A DNA stretch of 63,658 bases, counting the filler, from Choristocarpus tenellus KU-1152 (taxonomy: Eukaryota > Protista > Phaeophyceae): NCBI GenBank assembly GCA_964200185.2. It is 11 parts of 11 records of this genome, joined end to end, with 100 filler letters (N's around TTAATTAATTAA, not from the genome) between each part and the next. Parts side by side here need not be neighbours in the genome. Positions count along the whole stretch, not along the records: positions 1 to 3,100 come from CAXNAD020022327.1; positions 3,201 to 7,851 come from CAXNAD020013634.1; positions 7,952 to 17,154 come from CAXNAD020003885.1; 8 more parts are not named here. One strand, given 5' to 3'. A program made the position numbers and the translations under genes. Shown one piece after another: positions 1-11,841 of the stretch (within the stretch, counting starts at the first letter, position 1; each line of letters opens with the position of its first letter). Under the pieces are notes generated by a model, which did no database searches, had not been told where the DNA came from, and worked only from the letters and a program-made list of their open reading frames with translations.

Positions 1-486
1 CGATTTGGTAACTTCGGAACAAGCAACGGGAAAGATAATCTGGGGGGGGGGGAGTGAGTGTGCTATTGTATATACGTACTGCACATGTGTATATGTGAGT
101 CTGTGCTCTGGTACATGGAAGGCGAGTACGGATGCTGGTGAGGAAGGGGTGCTGTGGGGAGTTGACCAGTGAATGGGTTGGAAAATGAGGCACAAAAGGA
201 TATATATTGGTGGAGAGTGCGCCTGTGATTGGAGTGGAAATTTTTTGAGGTCCAGTAACTGCAGTTTGCCATCACCTGCTACCATCATGCAAGGGGATCA
301 TTTTCTCGGAGCGAACAGCTGGAGGCACGGGCTTAAGGTGAGAGGTGGAGGAGAGGGATGAGGGACTTTGGCACTTTATTTATCCTGGGCTTCTGAAATT
401 GTAGGGTTCACTACATCATGGCCCTGCCCTACCCTTAGATTGGCTGTTTTCTGGTTCATGTTGTATGGGTGGACATATTAGGACCA

Positions 487-659
487 GACCCAAAGTATCT
501 GGGGGGGGGGGGGGGAACTACACCAGATTGTCCATTTGGACCATAACCAGGAAAGGTGTACACACATTATCCATTCGACGTATGCAACCAAATCACACGC
601 AACATGAAAAAATTGATCCCAAATGGACAGCCGACATCCCCCCCCAGATACATTGAGCC
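487..659. mobile_element. Short TIR element (MITE family C)
   Basis: Left end GACCCAAAGTATCTG(n)...GTCCATTTGG is inverted to right end CCAAATGGACAGCCGACATCCCCCCCCAGATACATTGAGCC. The same terminus occurs at contig ends 3049-3100, 24755-24826, 28722-28789 and 46825-46911. Confidence 0.8.
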
Positions 660-689
660 AAAGGAAGTCTGTGTACTGCTTCCTATGAT

Positions 690-1400
690 AAAGGTTTTGG
701 GATTGCCCAATTTCAATCTCTTAGTTCTCCAGGGAGGAGGTGTATAGATATGATCAATGCTGCAAGGATGAATTCTACATGTTATGGAGCCATTCCCTGA
801 TGCAAAACATGATCTGCCCCATCTGATTCATGGACGGAGAGTCTGCTAGCTGCTGATTGATCTCTTTGTCAGCGGAGGAAATGTTTTACTTCTCTGCCCC
901 TGCAGCCAGGGCTGCCAATCTGCTGGTGCAGGTGTCGGGATTCAATTTCTGGGACCAGAGGAGATGTGCCTTCCAACAGGACTCTGCTTTCAATACTTTA
1001 TGGGTCATGCCAACCGAAGGAATCTGGTGCTTCTTAGGGGCAGTGGCATGGCAATAGTGGTCAACGTGAGGATCAATCGTGAAACAGTCTTCATCAGCAT
1101 CAGAAGAGAGGTCCAAGTTGGCGTCCACATTATGTGGTAATCCTTGTCACCTCATTCCTCCCCCTTGAAGTGGGGATTTCTTGGTACGTTGGGGAAGGAG
1201 GTTCTTGTTGGTGGGAAATCAAGCATCTGTTATAATATGTTTGTTTATGTGAAAGTTGTCAAGGAGCTTGTCAGCCCACACTCCAGTCCTATCAAGGGTA
1301 GGTAAGAAGGCTCAAGAAAGGATTGCTAGCCGCCCTTTTGTGCCATGGGAATCACCTTACATGCCCAGAAAATATTCTTGTTGTGTTTGTGTACGTGGAC
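690..1400 (-). pseudogene. Degenerate AP-endonuclease domain of a non-LTR retrotransposon (LINE ORF2)
   Basis: The minus strand has APE-like motifs in the expected order across frameshifts: KGG/LAIL (~1340-1320), VDANLDL (GDxN-like, ~1128) and CSIDHIYT (~765-740). Confidence 0.45.
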
Positions 1401-3048
1401 CTCATTGGAGGTAGGGAGGGGGCTGGGGGACTGCTGTGGTAGCGGTTCTCAAAGGCCAACCTCAAGAGGTGCATCAGTCAATTCTGAGGTCAAACTGCAT
1501 GGATAAAGGATGATTAGTTGCTGTTGGTTTTGAGATCACCTAGTCCACCACCTCGAAGACCCTTTATCATGGGAACCGCAGTCACCTCATTGCTCTTCCA
1601 GGGGAGGCGATATAGGTTTGGTCGGAGGAGGGGGCAGAGCTCTGGCACTGAGGAGTGTACTTGAGCTATATGTCATCATGATAGGAAAGCCTCATCTTCT
1701 GGGAATGTGTTTTATTTCTCAATTGGAGAGGGTATGGGTGGGCTTGAGGGTTGGAGATTGAGTGTCTCTGCATGTGTGTTGGGGAGTGTTGTTGTGGGGT
1801 ACATCAGTCTCTTCTTCTGACTTGTAAGGGGAGAGGCTCACCTACATGTTAGAGAATGTTGTTGTGAGGCATGTCAGCCTTTCCTCCTGGCCTGTGAGAG
1901 GCGAGGTAGCAAATTGGGCAGGAGTTGGGCAGCTGCATTCCACACAAGGAGAACGTCGACACCTGGGAAGGTATTACTCTTGGTCAGAGGGTAGAGTTTG
2001 GGGGGAGAGATTGGCGGGGGCCATGAGTAAGATATGGTGTGGATGTTCAAGGTCTTGTGCAAGGGGTTCATCAGGCGGCATTGTGATATTGATGTTGTAT
2101 GGGTAGAGTGGTGACAAGCAGGTCATCAAGTCCTCTTCATCAGGCATTTTTGCCTCCACACCTCTGTGTGGCCTTGGACAGACTACCTTTCACTCTATCT
2201 GGTATTTATTGGAACTTCATTGCCAGGGACCATAGTGTGTCTGTTAATTCTGGATTGCTGTGGGCTTAAGATGGCCCAAGTACCCAGGTGTTTATGTCCT
2301 TTCAAAGCAATGTGGTGTTACAGGATCCACAGTCAGGAGTGTTGTACTTGATACATGAATGACTGGCATCAATTCCAGGGAAGGTGGGATGCATGCTGGG
2401 TAGAGTGGTAGCGTGGAGGGGAATGCCTGGTGACGACACCGCTAGGGTACTCTTGTCATCTGGGAAGATCTTTGTTTTTTATGATGGGACTGTCTCACAG
2501 TGGGTGTGAGAGGAAAGTCATTAATGCTATGTTCTCATCTAGAGGGGAGAATCCACAGTGAAGGAATTGGTGGCAATAGCTAGGGTGGAATGGTGGAGAT
2601 CTAGAGAATAGTTCCTCATACATACTTATGAATGTTAGGTGTTACTGAGGGTTCATCTGGTGGAACCAGGGGGGTTTTGTTTGGTTTACTATTTTTTTTA
2701 TTGTACATATTTGTGATTACCAAGCCAACTACTGGGGGTCCATTTAAGCGGTGATATATGGGATCTGCAGTCAGGGATGTTGCACGAGACAACTCTTCGA
2801 CTCACAGATTTTCAATGGGAAGCAAACATTCTTCAAGGGGAGTGGATTTAGGGAGAGTGCTGATACTGTCAGATATTCCTTGTCTCTTGGCGAGGCGTTC
2901 TTCCGATCTCATAGGGGGAGGGTTTCTACAGCCCTGGAGGGGGGCCTTGGGAGTGGTCGCATGTTTTGCTACTGCTCTGACTCTATATGTGATCCCCCAA
3001 TGGACCATAAGGGGTACACTGTTATGTGTATTGCACTAGAGGAAAGAT

Positions 3049-3100
3049 GCTCAAAGTATCTTGGAGGGGGTGGCGGCTGTCCATTTGGGGTCAATTTTTT
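3049..3100. mobile_element. MITE family C terminus, truncated by contig end
   Basis: GCTCAAAGTATCTTGGAGGGGGTGGCGGCTGTCCATTTGGGGTCAATTTTTT. Confidence 0.8.
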
Positions 3101-3200
3101 NNNNNNNNNNNNNNNNNNNNNNNNNNNNNNNNNNNNNNNNNNNNTTAATTAATTAANNNNNNNNNNNNNNNNNNNNNNNNNNNNNNNNNNNNNNNNNNNN
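3101..3200. other. Artificial contig spacer (N44-TTAATTAATTAA-N44). Identical spacers at 7852-7951, 17155-17254, 20874-20973, 24655-24754, 28790-28889, 46912-47011, 52772-52871, 55522-55621, 60846-60945
   Basis: Ten identical 100-nt blocks. The central palindromic 12-mer puts TAA stops in all six frames. Confidence 0.98.
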
Positions 3201-3461
3201 CCTCTGCCTGGCTGCCATGTACATAATTTTCTCCCCCTTTGTCCCCCTTTGTCCCCCCCCCCTCCCCTTGTGCTCCATACCCCTTAGAAGAAGAGGATTA
3301 CTTTGCAGGAACGTGCTCAGCAGGGTATCCTACAAGCAAAGCAGAAGCATGGTACCCTGCAGTCTGGTAACAACCGACCCGGCCTCATGTCCTTGCAACA
3401 GGGGAGGCGAGTGGCTACAGCTGTATCAGGACATGTCAACCTTGCCGCTTTCTGCCAACAG

Positions 3462-5637
3462 GGGCAATGTTGAGGCTAGAGTTAGAGGTGAAGATGCTAG
3501 GGTAGGAGGATGCATGGTGCTACGCCAGCAATTGGCAGCAGGAAAGGTGACAATTGATAATCTTCGTGCTGAGCTTTCGTCCCTGATGGAGAGGCAGGGG
3601 GAAATGGCACTAGAGCTGTCGTCACTCAGGTATGTGAAGTTGGGAATGAAGGGAAGGGGGAAAGGAGGGAGGGAGGGAGGGATCGAGAGAGGGAGGGAGG
3701 GACCCGGAGATGACAATGCATGTATTTTGGGGCGGAACTAGATGAGACCAGATACAGGGTAGGCGTTGCCCTTGACATGCGTCTGCTACTTCTCGTGCCA
3801 ATAACTCTACACGCGACCCTCCCCAGATGGAGTGAGAATACATCAAATACAGAACTCCAAAGATGACCAACATGTGCCAGGGAGAAGACCACTGCCCCCC
3901 AGCTCTTATTCTACTGATGGTGAAGCCTTCCCGTTGCCAATATTGTGTCGCACCAAGTGCTCCATTTCATCACCACATGTCCAACTGCTCTGTTACTAAT
4001 TTAGGCAAGCTTGTCACTTGAACTCTACCAGGGATATTTGTGCGCGAGTGATTGACAGTGAAAGTGAGGTAGGTACAAACCGCGAAAGAGCGGTCAAAGC
4101 AGAAGCTGCGGAGACCAAAATCTTGGGAGATTTCGAGGCACTATCTGCTCAAGCTCGTGCCACGGAGCAGGCCCTGGAAGAGGCTATAGAGACAGGGAAA
4201 AAGGTTGATCTCCGCCTGACCATGGCTAGATTCATCATCCTGGGGAGCATCATGCGCTGGCGTGCTCATAGCTGTAAGGTCCAGGCCCTGACCAAGTGGA
4301 GAGTAAGTGCCAGGGGGTAGTTGCGCTCTCCGTGCGAGTGAAAGTATCTTAGTGAGTACGAGTTTTGCCCTGTTTGTCCATTTGGGGCTTGACTTCCCAC
4401 GGGTTTTCAAAGACATTTTACCTACTTCGAAACGTTTTGGAGTAGGTTAAATGTGTACATTATGGAAAGGTTTGTCCAAAACAAGGATATCGTCATCTCC
4501 TAAGAAACACGATAGCCAAAATTACATCGAAATCGCAACATTGGATTTTGGCCTCCAAATGGAAGCGGCTCCACCCTCTAAGATACTTTAACTCTGTGGT
4601 GTGCAATGATAGAAAAATTGTCTGGTGATATATTACTCTTTATACAACAAAATGCTGCGAAGCTTACTCTTGAAAGGGATTTTTCAATCTCCTGCACAAA
4701 TATTGAGAAAATGGGTGGTTGTGTAGAGGCATGGTAGATGGTATTCTGCAGTCGGTTGACATACATTCTCATAGATTGACTGCCTGTCTCTCAATTCAAA
4801 AGATGCGATATACAAGTTGATTGTGTTGTGCAAAAAAAGACCACATCGTATACTAATCCCTACCTCTTGACAAATAGTCAATTGGAATGGTTGCAAGGGA
4901 CTGATCTTTTCCAGTGTCGATGTAAGAAGACTCTAAGGATCAATGGAGGTTCCTCCTACAAGTAAATATTGTGACATCTGGATTTATCCTCTCGTCATTG
5001 ACCCCATGACCCGCAACATGCACTAGAGCCAAAGTATCTCAGAGGGTAGAGCCGCGTCCATTTGGGGGTCAAAATCCAATGTTTCGATTTTGAAGTAATT
5101 TTGGCTATCCTGTTTGTTAGGAAGTGCCACTATCCTTGTTGCGAACACACCTTTTCATAACGTATACATTTTATCTACTCAAAAATATTTTGGAGAAGGA
5201 AAATGTCATTAAGAAAAACGAGGGAAGCCAAACCCCAAATGGACAAACAGGGCAAAACTCGTACCCTTTAAGATACTTTCACTCACTACTCTAGTTAATA
5301 TTGCTGGAACCCCAAAACTACTGAGTACCTATGACCGTGTGTCTATTAGTAGAGGTGCTCTGTACAAGCAATAGAAATATGTACCTCAGATGGCAAGTCG
5401 CTTCTCTTGACCTATGCATCACCTATGGAGGCAACATATTACAACCACCAACAGCATTCCATTCGTTGTTAGTGGTACGTAAACATTTTGGTAAAACACT
5501 TTACTACAATTCTAGGTGGTGGTTCCGGTACGTGTTCTTTGGGTCATCAGTACCTCAATCACTCTGCAGGTATACCGCAGTTTACTCCCATTCACTGTTA
5601 AGAGTTCAGGGGTCAAGGGGCAACTGCATTTGGGACA

Positions 5638-5669
<32 letters not shown>

Positions 5670-7266
5670 CATATATACATATATCTAAACACACACGTGC
5701 GCGCGCTAGTCCCAGTGCACCATACAAATCGTGGTTGACAATATCTTTTCTCTGCAGATGGTCACACAGGAAAGCAAGCTTCAGAACGTGCTTTCCAAAG
5801 CTGATGATATACAGAGGGAGCTTACAACATCTCAGAACAAGGTGAAGACCCTGACCCTTGCTAATGCAGAGCTAGAGGTCAATATTTCAGCAGCCGCCTC
5901 AGCTAGCATGGAGAGGCAAGAGGAGCTCAAGGCCTTGAACTGGTGATTGGGAGTTTTTTGCGTTGTACCGATGGGTTGACCTCATGCAATGACTGAATAT
6001 TCAATGCAGAGGGTGTCTTGTTTTGTCAATATATATACTTTGGCTAGAATACTAGTGCCAAGAAACAAAGTAGGTCCTCCGAGGAGCTGTTGTATGGTCT
6101 CGTGTAAAAGGTTGATGGGGTAACAAGCGCAAGACATATTTTGGAATTCTCTGAAAAACGACCCAATTACCAAGACCAAATATCAAGTGGAATGTCACCT
6201 GTGTCTATAGTCCTTCTCACATAATGAGGAATATGACCCAATTGTGTGCAGGGTAGACGGAGATACCCGAGAGAGTGAAGAGATGAGCAATATATAAATC
6301 AAAATAGGAATACTCCGGTACAAATGTACTCTGGAGTATGTATTGCTTTGGACAATTTTGACAATTGATCACAATATCTCTTAGCAGTCCGTTGATGTTT
6401 GGCAGGGTGAAAGAACAGAGTTGGAGGTCTCTCGTACCGTTCCCTGTGTTTTGTGAGGTCAGTTTTTCTAAAGGTGTGAAGTGTTTGTGAAGGGTTAGAC
6501 CCAACCATCTGTGCCTGTGAGGGGTTGTGAGTACCAATTTGGTTGCGTTAGCCCTCTGTTGGTTGGCCCACTACAGCAAACCCATTCGGCCCTGAATGTC
6601 ACCTCAGAAAATGGCACCATTTTCCCCCTCTTTGACTCCTGCCAAACACCCTGCCCTTCTCTGGGATGCATGGCATGTGGCGAATAGCATCACCATGGCC
6701 GAGAAAACTGAGCTCAAGGAGAAGCTCAGGTCTGCTGAGGCCAAGATGAATGAGGCGGTGGAGGCACGCTCGCGTGCCAAGGAGGTGAGAGTAAAGGGTC
6801 ACAGTCTGCCAATACCACTTCAGCGTTATGGGACCTCCAAAAAACCTTTTGTGTTGGCTTGGTTGTCCAAATGTTGCGCAGGATATTTCCTTTGCGATCA
6901 TGTTTCAGCGGGTATTTTTTCTCTGGAGGGGCACACGCTAGCCTCCAGGTGGAGTTGCACAGCCCACTATCTGCTAATATTGTTGACTTACACGGTTTGG
7001 TCATCCCCGGTTCTTGGAAGTGCCGAAGAAATCACTCATGTGTACCCTCTGCTCTGTCCCACCAAACTGGAGCAGCTCGAGGTCAGGAGGGCCAGAGAAG
7101 GCAGGGAGATGGGAGCCAGGCTAATTTACCGCATATTGCTGAGGCAAGAGAGGGGGCTGTGCAGACAAGAGCTGAACCAGTGGAAAAGGCACAATGAGAA
7201 TGAGAAGCTTGCCAGGTCGGAGGAGGCAGCGAAGGGCCTGGCAAGGGAGTTGGAGGCAGCCTCAGA
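3462..7266 (+). CDS. Internal exons of a large coiled-coil protein with Sfi1-like Trp motifs; exons 3462-3629, 4005-4302, 5758-5942, 6688-6784, 7076-7266
   Basis: Five AG/GT-bounded exons join in compatible phases (2,0,2,0). Peptide is E/K/R/A/L-rich, with motifs SIMRWRAH..VQALTKWR and LCRQELNQWKRH. Confidence 0.75.
4336..4594 (-). mobile_element. MITE family A (~260 bp)
   Basis: Termini GAGTGAAAGTATCTTAG...CTAAGATACTTTAACTC; homologous to four other copies in the window. Confidence 0.9.
5026..5284 (+). mobile_element. MITE family A with ACTA target-site duplication
   Basis: acta|GAGCCAAAGTATCT...AGATACTTTCACTC|acta. Confidence 0.92.
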
Positions 7267-7348
7267 GTAAGAGCTAGGGTAAGGAATGATAGTTCCCACA
7301 CACCCCGTGCACCTTGGTGTCCCCTCCTACTCTGAGTGAGCAGCTTGA

Positions 7349-7620
7349 GACCCATATATAGTATCTTAGAGGGGGGGTTGTTCAGGGCATGTTGTCCATT
7401 CAGGGCTTGATGGGGTGTTGTAAGATGCCCTGGTTTGATGCCCATTATACGGGTGATTTTCCTTCGGATTTGGTTCAGGCAGGGGGGTGGAAAAGGAAGG
7501 CGCAATCAGATGAAGGAAACTGACCCTGTATTTGACACGTTCACTCAAATGACCCGAAAATCACTACATATTCACACAGACCGGAATGGACGCCTGCCCC
7601 CCCTCTAAAATAGCATAGGT
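7349..7620 (+). mobile_element. MITE family B (~275 bp), probable TTGA TSD
   Basis: ttga|GACCCA(TATA)TAGTATCTTAGAGGGGG...CCCTCTAAAATAGCATAGGT|ttga; reverse-complement homologue at 62512-62789. Confidence 0.8.
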
Positions 7621-8331
7621 TTGAAATTGATGTACTTTGTGATCAGTGGGTACCGCAATTCTCTGACCTTTGATATTTTGCAACAGGAAGTCTCTTTCTC
7701 GAGGGACTCTTCTTCCCCTCTTGTTTGGTTGGTGGCGGAGGTTGGATCAGTTGATTGGTTGTTGGCTCGGATACGTTATCATAGTGCCCAAATCTCTGTG
7801 GCATATTGGCAGCCTCTCGACGTTTGGCAGGGTGAGAATGGGTTCTGAGGTNNNNNNNNNNNNNNNNNNNNNNNNNNNNNNNNNNNNNNNNNNNNTTAAT
7901 TAATTAANNNNNNNNNNNNNNNNNNNNNNNNNNNNNNNNNNNNNNNNNNNNTTATTGTTTCTTACATATATCAGCTGACTCATCAGCTGAGACATCAAGA
8001 TTTATGCAGCCGTTACATCGTACTATATCACTTATCCTGTGTAGCTAGTACTTTGTCAGAAATCCTCCAAAAGTCCACTTATATCAAGTAATAAGAAACG
8101 GAACATCTGACATTCGAACTCATTACTTTACACACACGAACGCATGTCAATGACACTTGTTCCACTTAGCCAACATTTCTGTTGTCTAGTAGTGTTCACT
8201 ACACACGTATAAACCATATAGACTATCAGCCTATATTGCACAAGTCCCTCACAGTAACGTTCAGGTATACATATTGCTTAGTATCCTCCATAAGCAGAAC
8301 GCACTACACGTCTGTGTGCTCTCATTGCTTT

Positions 8332-8590
8332 GAGTCATATCAATTGAGGATGCAGTCAGGTTTGGACCCTCTTGCATCCCAAGCCATCTTCATTACCCTC
8401 TGCAGCACATTCTATTCCAATTGCTTTATGTGCAGAGTAGTGTACGAAATGTTGATACTCTCCCTTTCCACACACAAATTGATACCACAATTGAGTAAGG
8501 CTTATTCTGCAATTGTCCAAGATGTCTCCTTTTTTTCATTTCCAAGTATCCTTGAACTGCAACCCTGCCTACCTCTTGATTGGTTTGGCC
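8332..8590 (-). mobile_element. MITE family E, diverged copy
   Basis: Colinear reverse-complement similarity to 19997-20288 (shared CCAAACCAATyrAGAGGTAGGCAGGGTTGCA, GTGGAAAGGG and CGTACACTA blocks). Confidence 0.75.
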
Positions 8591-11500
8591 TTTTCTATGC
8601 CTTTTGTGTCAAATACTTCAAGTACTTGACTCTACCCCAACAGCACATTCTGTATCTTTCGAATCCTGCACCACTCCCAACCAACAGGATCACTTACACC
8701 CATACCAAGAATGTTGTGATACAGCTCCCTGCCAGGGTATGCTTTCAGAGATAGAGGTGGGGGAAGTGCTGAAACGATGGCACGGTTGGACATCAATCAC
8801 AGGATACACTGCAGTAGCAGGTGGAGGTATACTGTGGTATGCAAGCAGTTGACTCGGACATAGCAGAGGAGCTTGGTGGTCCCCCCAAATGGTGGAAGGG
8901 GAAGGCATCTGGAGAGTTGAGGGAGTTGTGGCATGGAAGTATGTATTGCTTGCATGGGTCATTTCAGCTGTATCTGAGCGCTAGCTTTCCTCTGGGTGCA
9001 ATAGGGTCACTACCAAGCACAACCGCATCTCTAGGGATGTCTATGACACTGTGTTGCTGTACTCTTGTGAAGATGACTTCCCTGGCCAAATGTTGGAAGT
9101 GCAGGTAGCAGCAACTAATAGTGAGGATGAAGACGAACACATGACCCTGTGTAGTGTCTTTACCACCTCTTCTGACCGGAGTCCTCTGTCTACATGGGCT
9201 GAGGGTAGAGTGGAGCGTGGTATGATGTTTTCTATTTGTAATAGTCAGTTCATCCTGCTCATGTCACCCCAGGCAATTGCACTGACTGTAGTGTAGGCCC
9301 CACCTGAGAGACTAAACTTGAGGATATGTTGATACATGCTCCCAAAACAATAGAAGTGAACTCATGTTTTTTTCTTCGCACTTGACCCACCTCTTGCACT
9401 CACTTGAGACTTGATAAAAGGTTATCCCTTGGATTGCGCGAAGACCATACATCTCTCCTCACAAATGGAGGTGAGAGGGCCTGAAAGTCCACCATTGTTT
9501 ACTCTCATTATTAAACCATTATTCTATATATAATTGCCTTTTCTAAAATATTATCCATTTGATATTTGATACTTTCTTGTATGTGTATTGTATTTTGGTA
9601 GGATATGGTCTTGTCTAGAGTTCTACCAATACATTTTATGCCTATACTTGGGTCAAATTTGTGTTACGTGTAACACAGTGCTAGTGCACATTATCGCACA
9701 GTCTCCTCGTTTAACCCAACGAATGCATACTACTAAAACAGCATCAATATGATAAAGTCCCACCAAAGTTGTTTGACTGAGCCTATCGACTCTGGACAAG
9801 CAAACCCCATTCCAAAGGATTAACTCAGTCACACCATTCATCCCACCACCATGTACACCTAATTCATCACATAAAGACACGAGCATCTATATTGGACCTG
9901 GCTACAAACCACGTGAACTTCTCAATGTTTACTGTTGTTTTCTATTACATGGCATAATCTTAGTAGGTGACTGGTGCGTCTTGCCAGTACGTCACTTTGT
10001 ATGCTCTAGGACCTTCCCACCTACAACTGTTGTTGTCTTGTCGACATGTTGATAGAGACCCCGTAACTGGAGCTTACTACAAATACTCCAATATATATAT
10101 ATATAGGAGGCCTAGAACAAGTTCTGTTTGCCCCACAGATGGGACCATCAAAGAAGAGAAGAAGGTTCGCCGCTTTGAAGTACAACTTAGTTTCATAAAA
10201 TTCGCGTCCCCTCTTTCTGTCAGTGTGCTCAGACTCAATCGTTCATAACAGAAACGGGACCTCAAACCCATGGGATGTGTATGTTATGGCTCCAGCCATC
10301 ACTTAGCTCTACATGTTTTCAAAGTTCGCCCACACAATTTACAAAAGGCAAAAGACGAAACAACCTTGCTTGAACATTGCATCTGCTTGACTTATTACAC
10401 CCCTGAAACGTTGTGTCTGTTATCACAGGCATGTAAAGGCAGGTGTAGAGCGACTGGGTGCACCTTATAACGTTTTTCGCACAATCCCAGTCACTACCTA
10501 GGAACATGAATTGGTCATGAGATGCCAACCTCCTCCCTATGCCATATTCACTGGATGTACTCATGTGGTCATAGGTGTGGTGTTCAGTGCACGAACCTTC
10601 AGACATAACAGAGGTTTGGATGTCAAAATGTTGTATGATATGAGTTGTGAGGAGTATAACTTGGAGTCCGTGAAGATAACACCTCAGTTCGTACTCTATG
10701 CTTTATTAATGACCAGCAAAATCAATTGAAGTAAGGCTTCAGTCTTCAGTGCAACACTTTGGGTAAAAAAAAAGCTCCCTTTAGATTAGAGAAAAGTCCT
10801 ACTACCAGCCATACTTGGAGTAGAGCTCTACAACTCCTATTGCTTTGTAAGATATACTCCAGCCAGACAAAGCTAAGAGTATTTGCATATATAAATGGAG
10901 AGAGAACTTCAGACCTATGCACCACTAAGGTTACAACTACATCAACTCCTGTCTCTAGGGTCAAAGATCACCCCCTCCAGATCCAAGCAATAATTGTGCC
11001 TGACTGTGGAATGATGAACTTTGGATTACATCACACACATTGTTAAACCAGACATTGTAGCACCCCCAACACATGAGGCACACATTAACCCAAAGGGTTG
11101 TAGAGGCCGAGATACCAACATCTCATTCCTCTTTTTGTGTGTTGGTGATTTCAGTCAGCATCAATTGACACTATGATGTACTATTAACACGGGATAGAGC
11201 TCCCAAGGGGATTGACCACCCCCAGAATTCCCCTTCCACCCTAACGGCTAGCATCAAACTTCCTATTTTGTCCTACTTACAAGTAGTGTTTCACTCCTTC
11301 CAGCCTGCCGAGGGTCTCTAGCTCATTAAGCAGTAGATGGGCCACGGGAATAATCAGGGGAAGATCTTCCAGCTCTTTCCAATGCAACGGGAGACAATCC
11401 TCCTTGCTTGGACGTTTCCTGGCTGGATATAACGCTGCTAATTTCCCTTACTCGAGGGATATTTTCCTCCTCCATCACCGTGGTGGAGATGAAGAACTAG

Positions 11501-11841
11501 GGCTACTCTCTTCCTTGACCTATGATGTTTTCCTGCTGACTGTTGCTGGCCCCTGGTTGTTAGAAGGGGCAGAGAGCAGCAAGAAAAGGAGGGAGGGGGC
11601 ACTTAAAACACGAAATGGGGGGACAGGTTCTTGACTTAATGCAGTAGGCGGTGTCCCCTGCATGGATTTTCCTGCTCTCTTCCAGAGCCATAATGCAGTT
11701 CTGCAATAATGCACCCGGGTGAGGGTTTGGATTTCAGCATTTACCGTATGGATCTTCGACACACCTCATCAATCGTAGTTCAGAGTGTATCATTGGGAAT
11801 GCAACAAATCAACAAATATGGACAAAATGAGTTTACCAATA

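Noticed and set aside
3145-3156. Recurrent palindrome TTAATTAATTAA as a biological motif
   Set aside because: It is always centred in a fixed 100-nt N block, so it is an artificial six-frame-stop linker.
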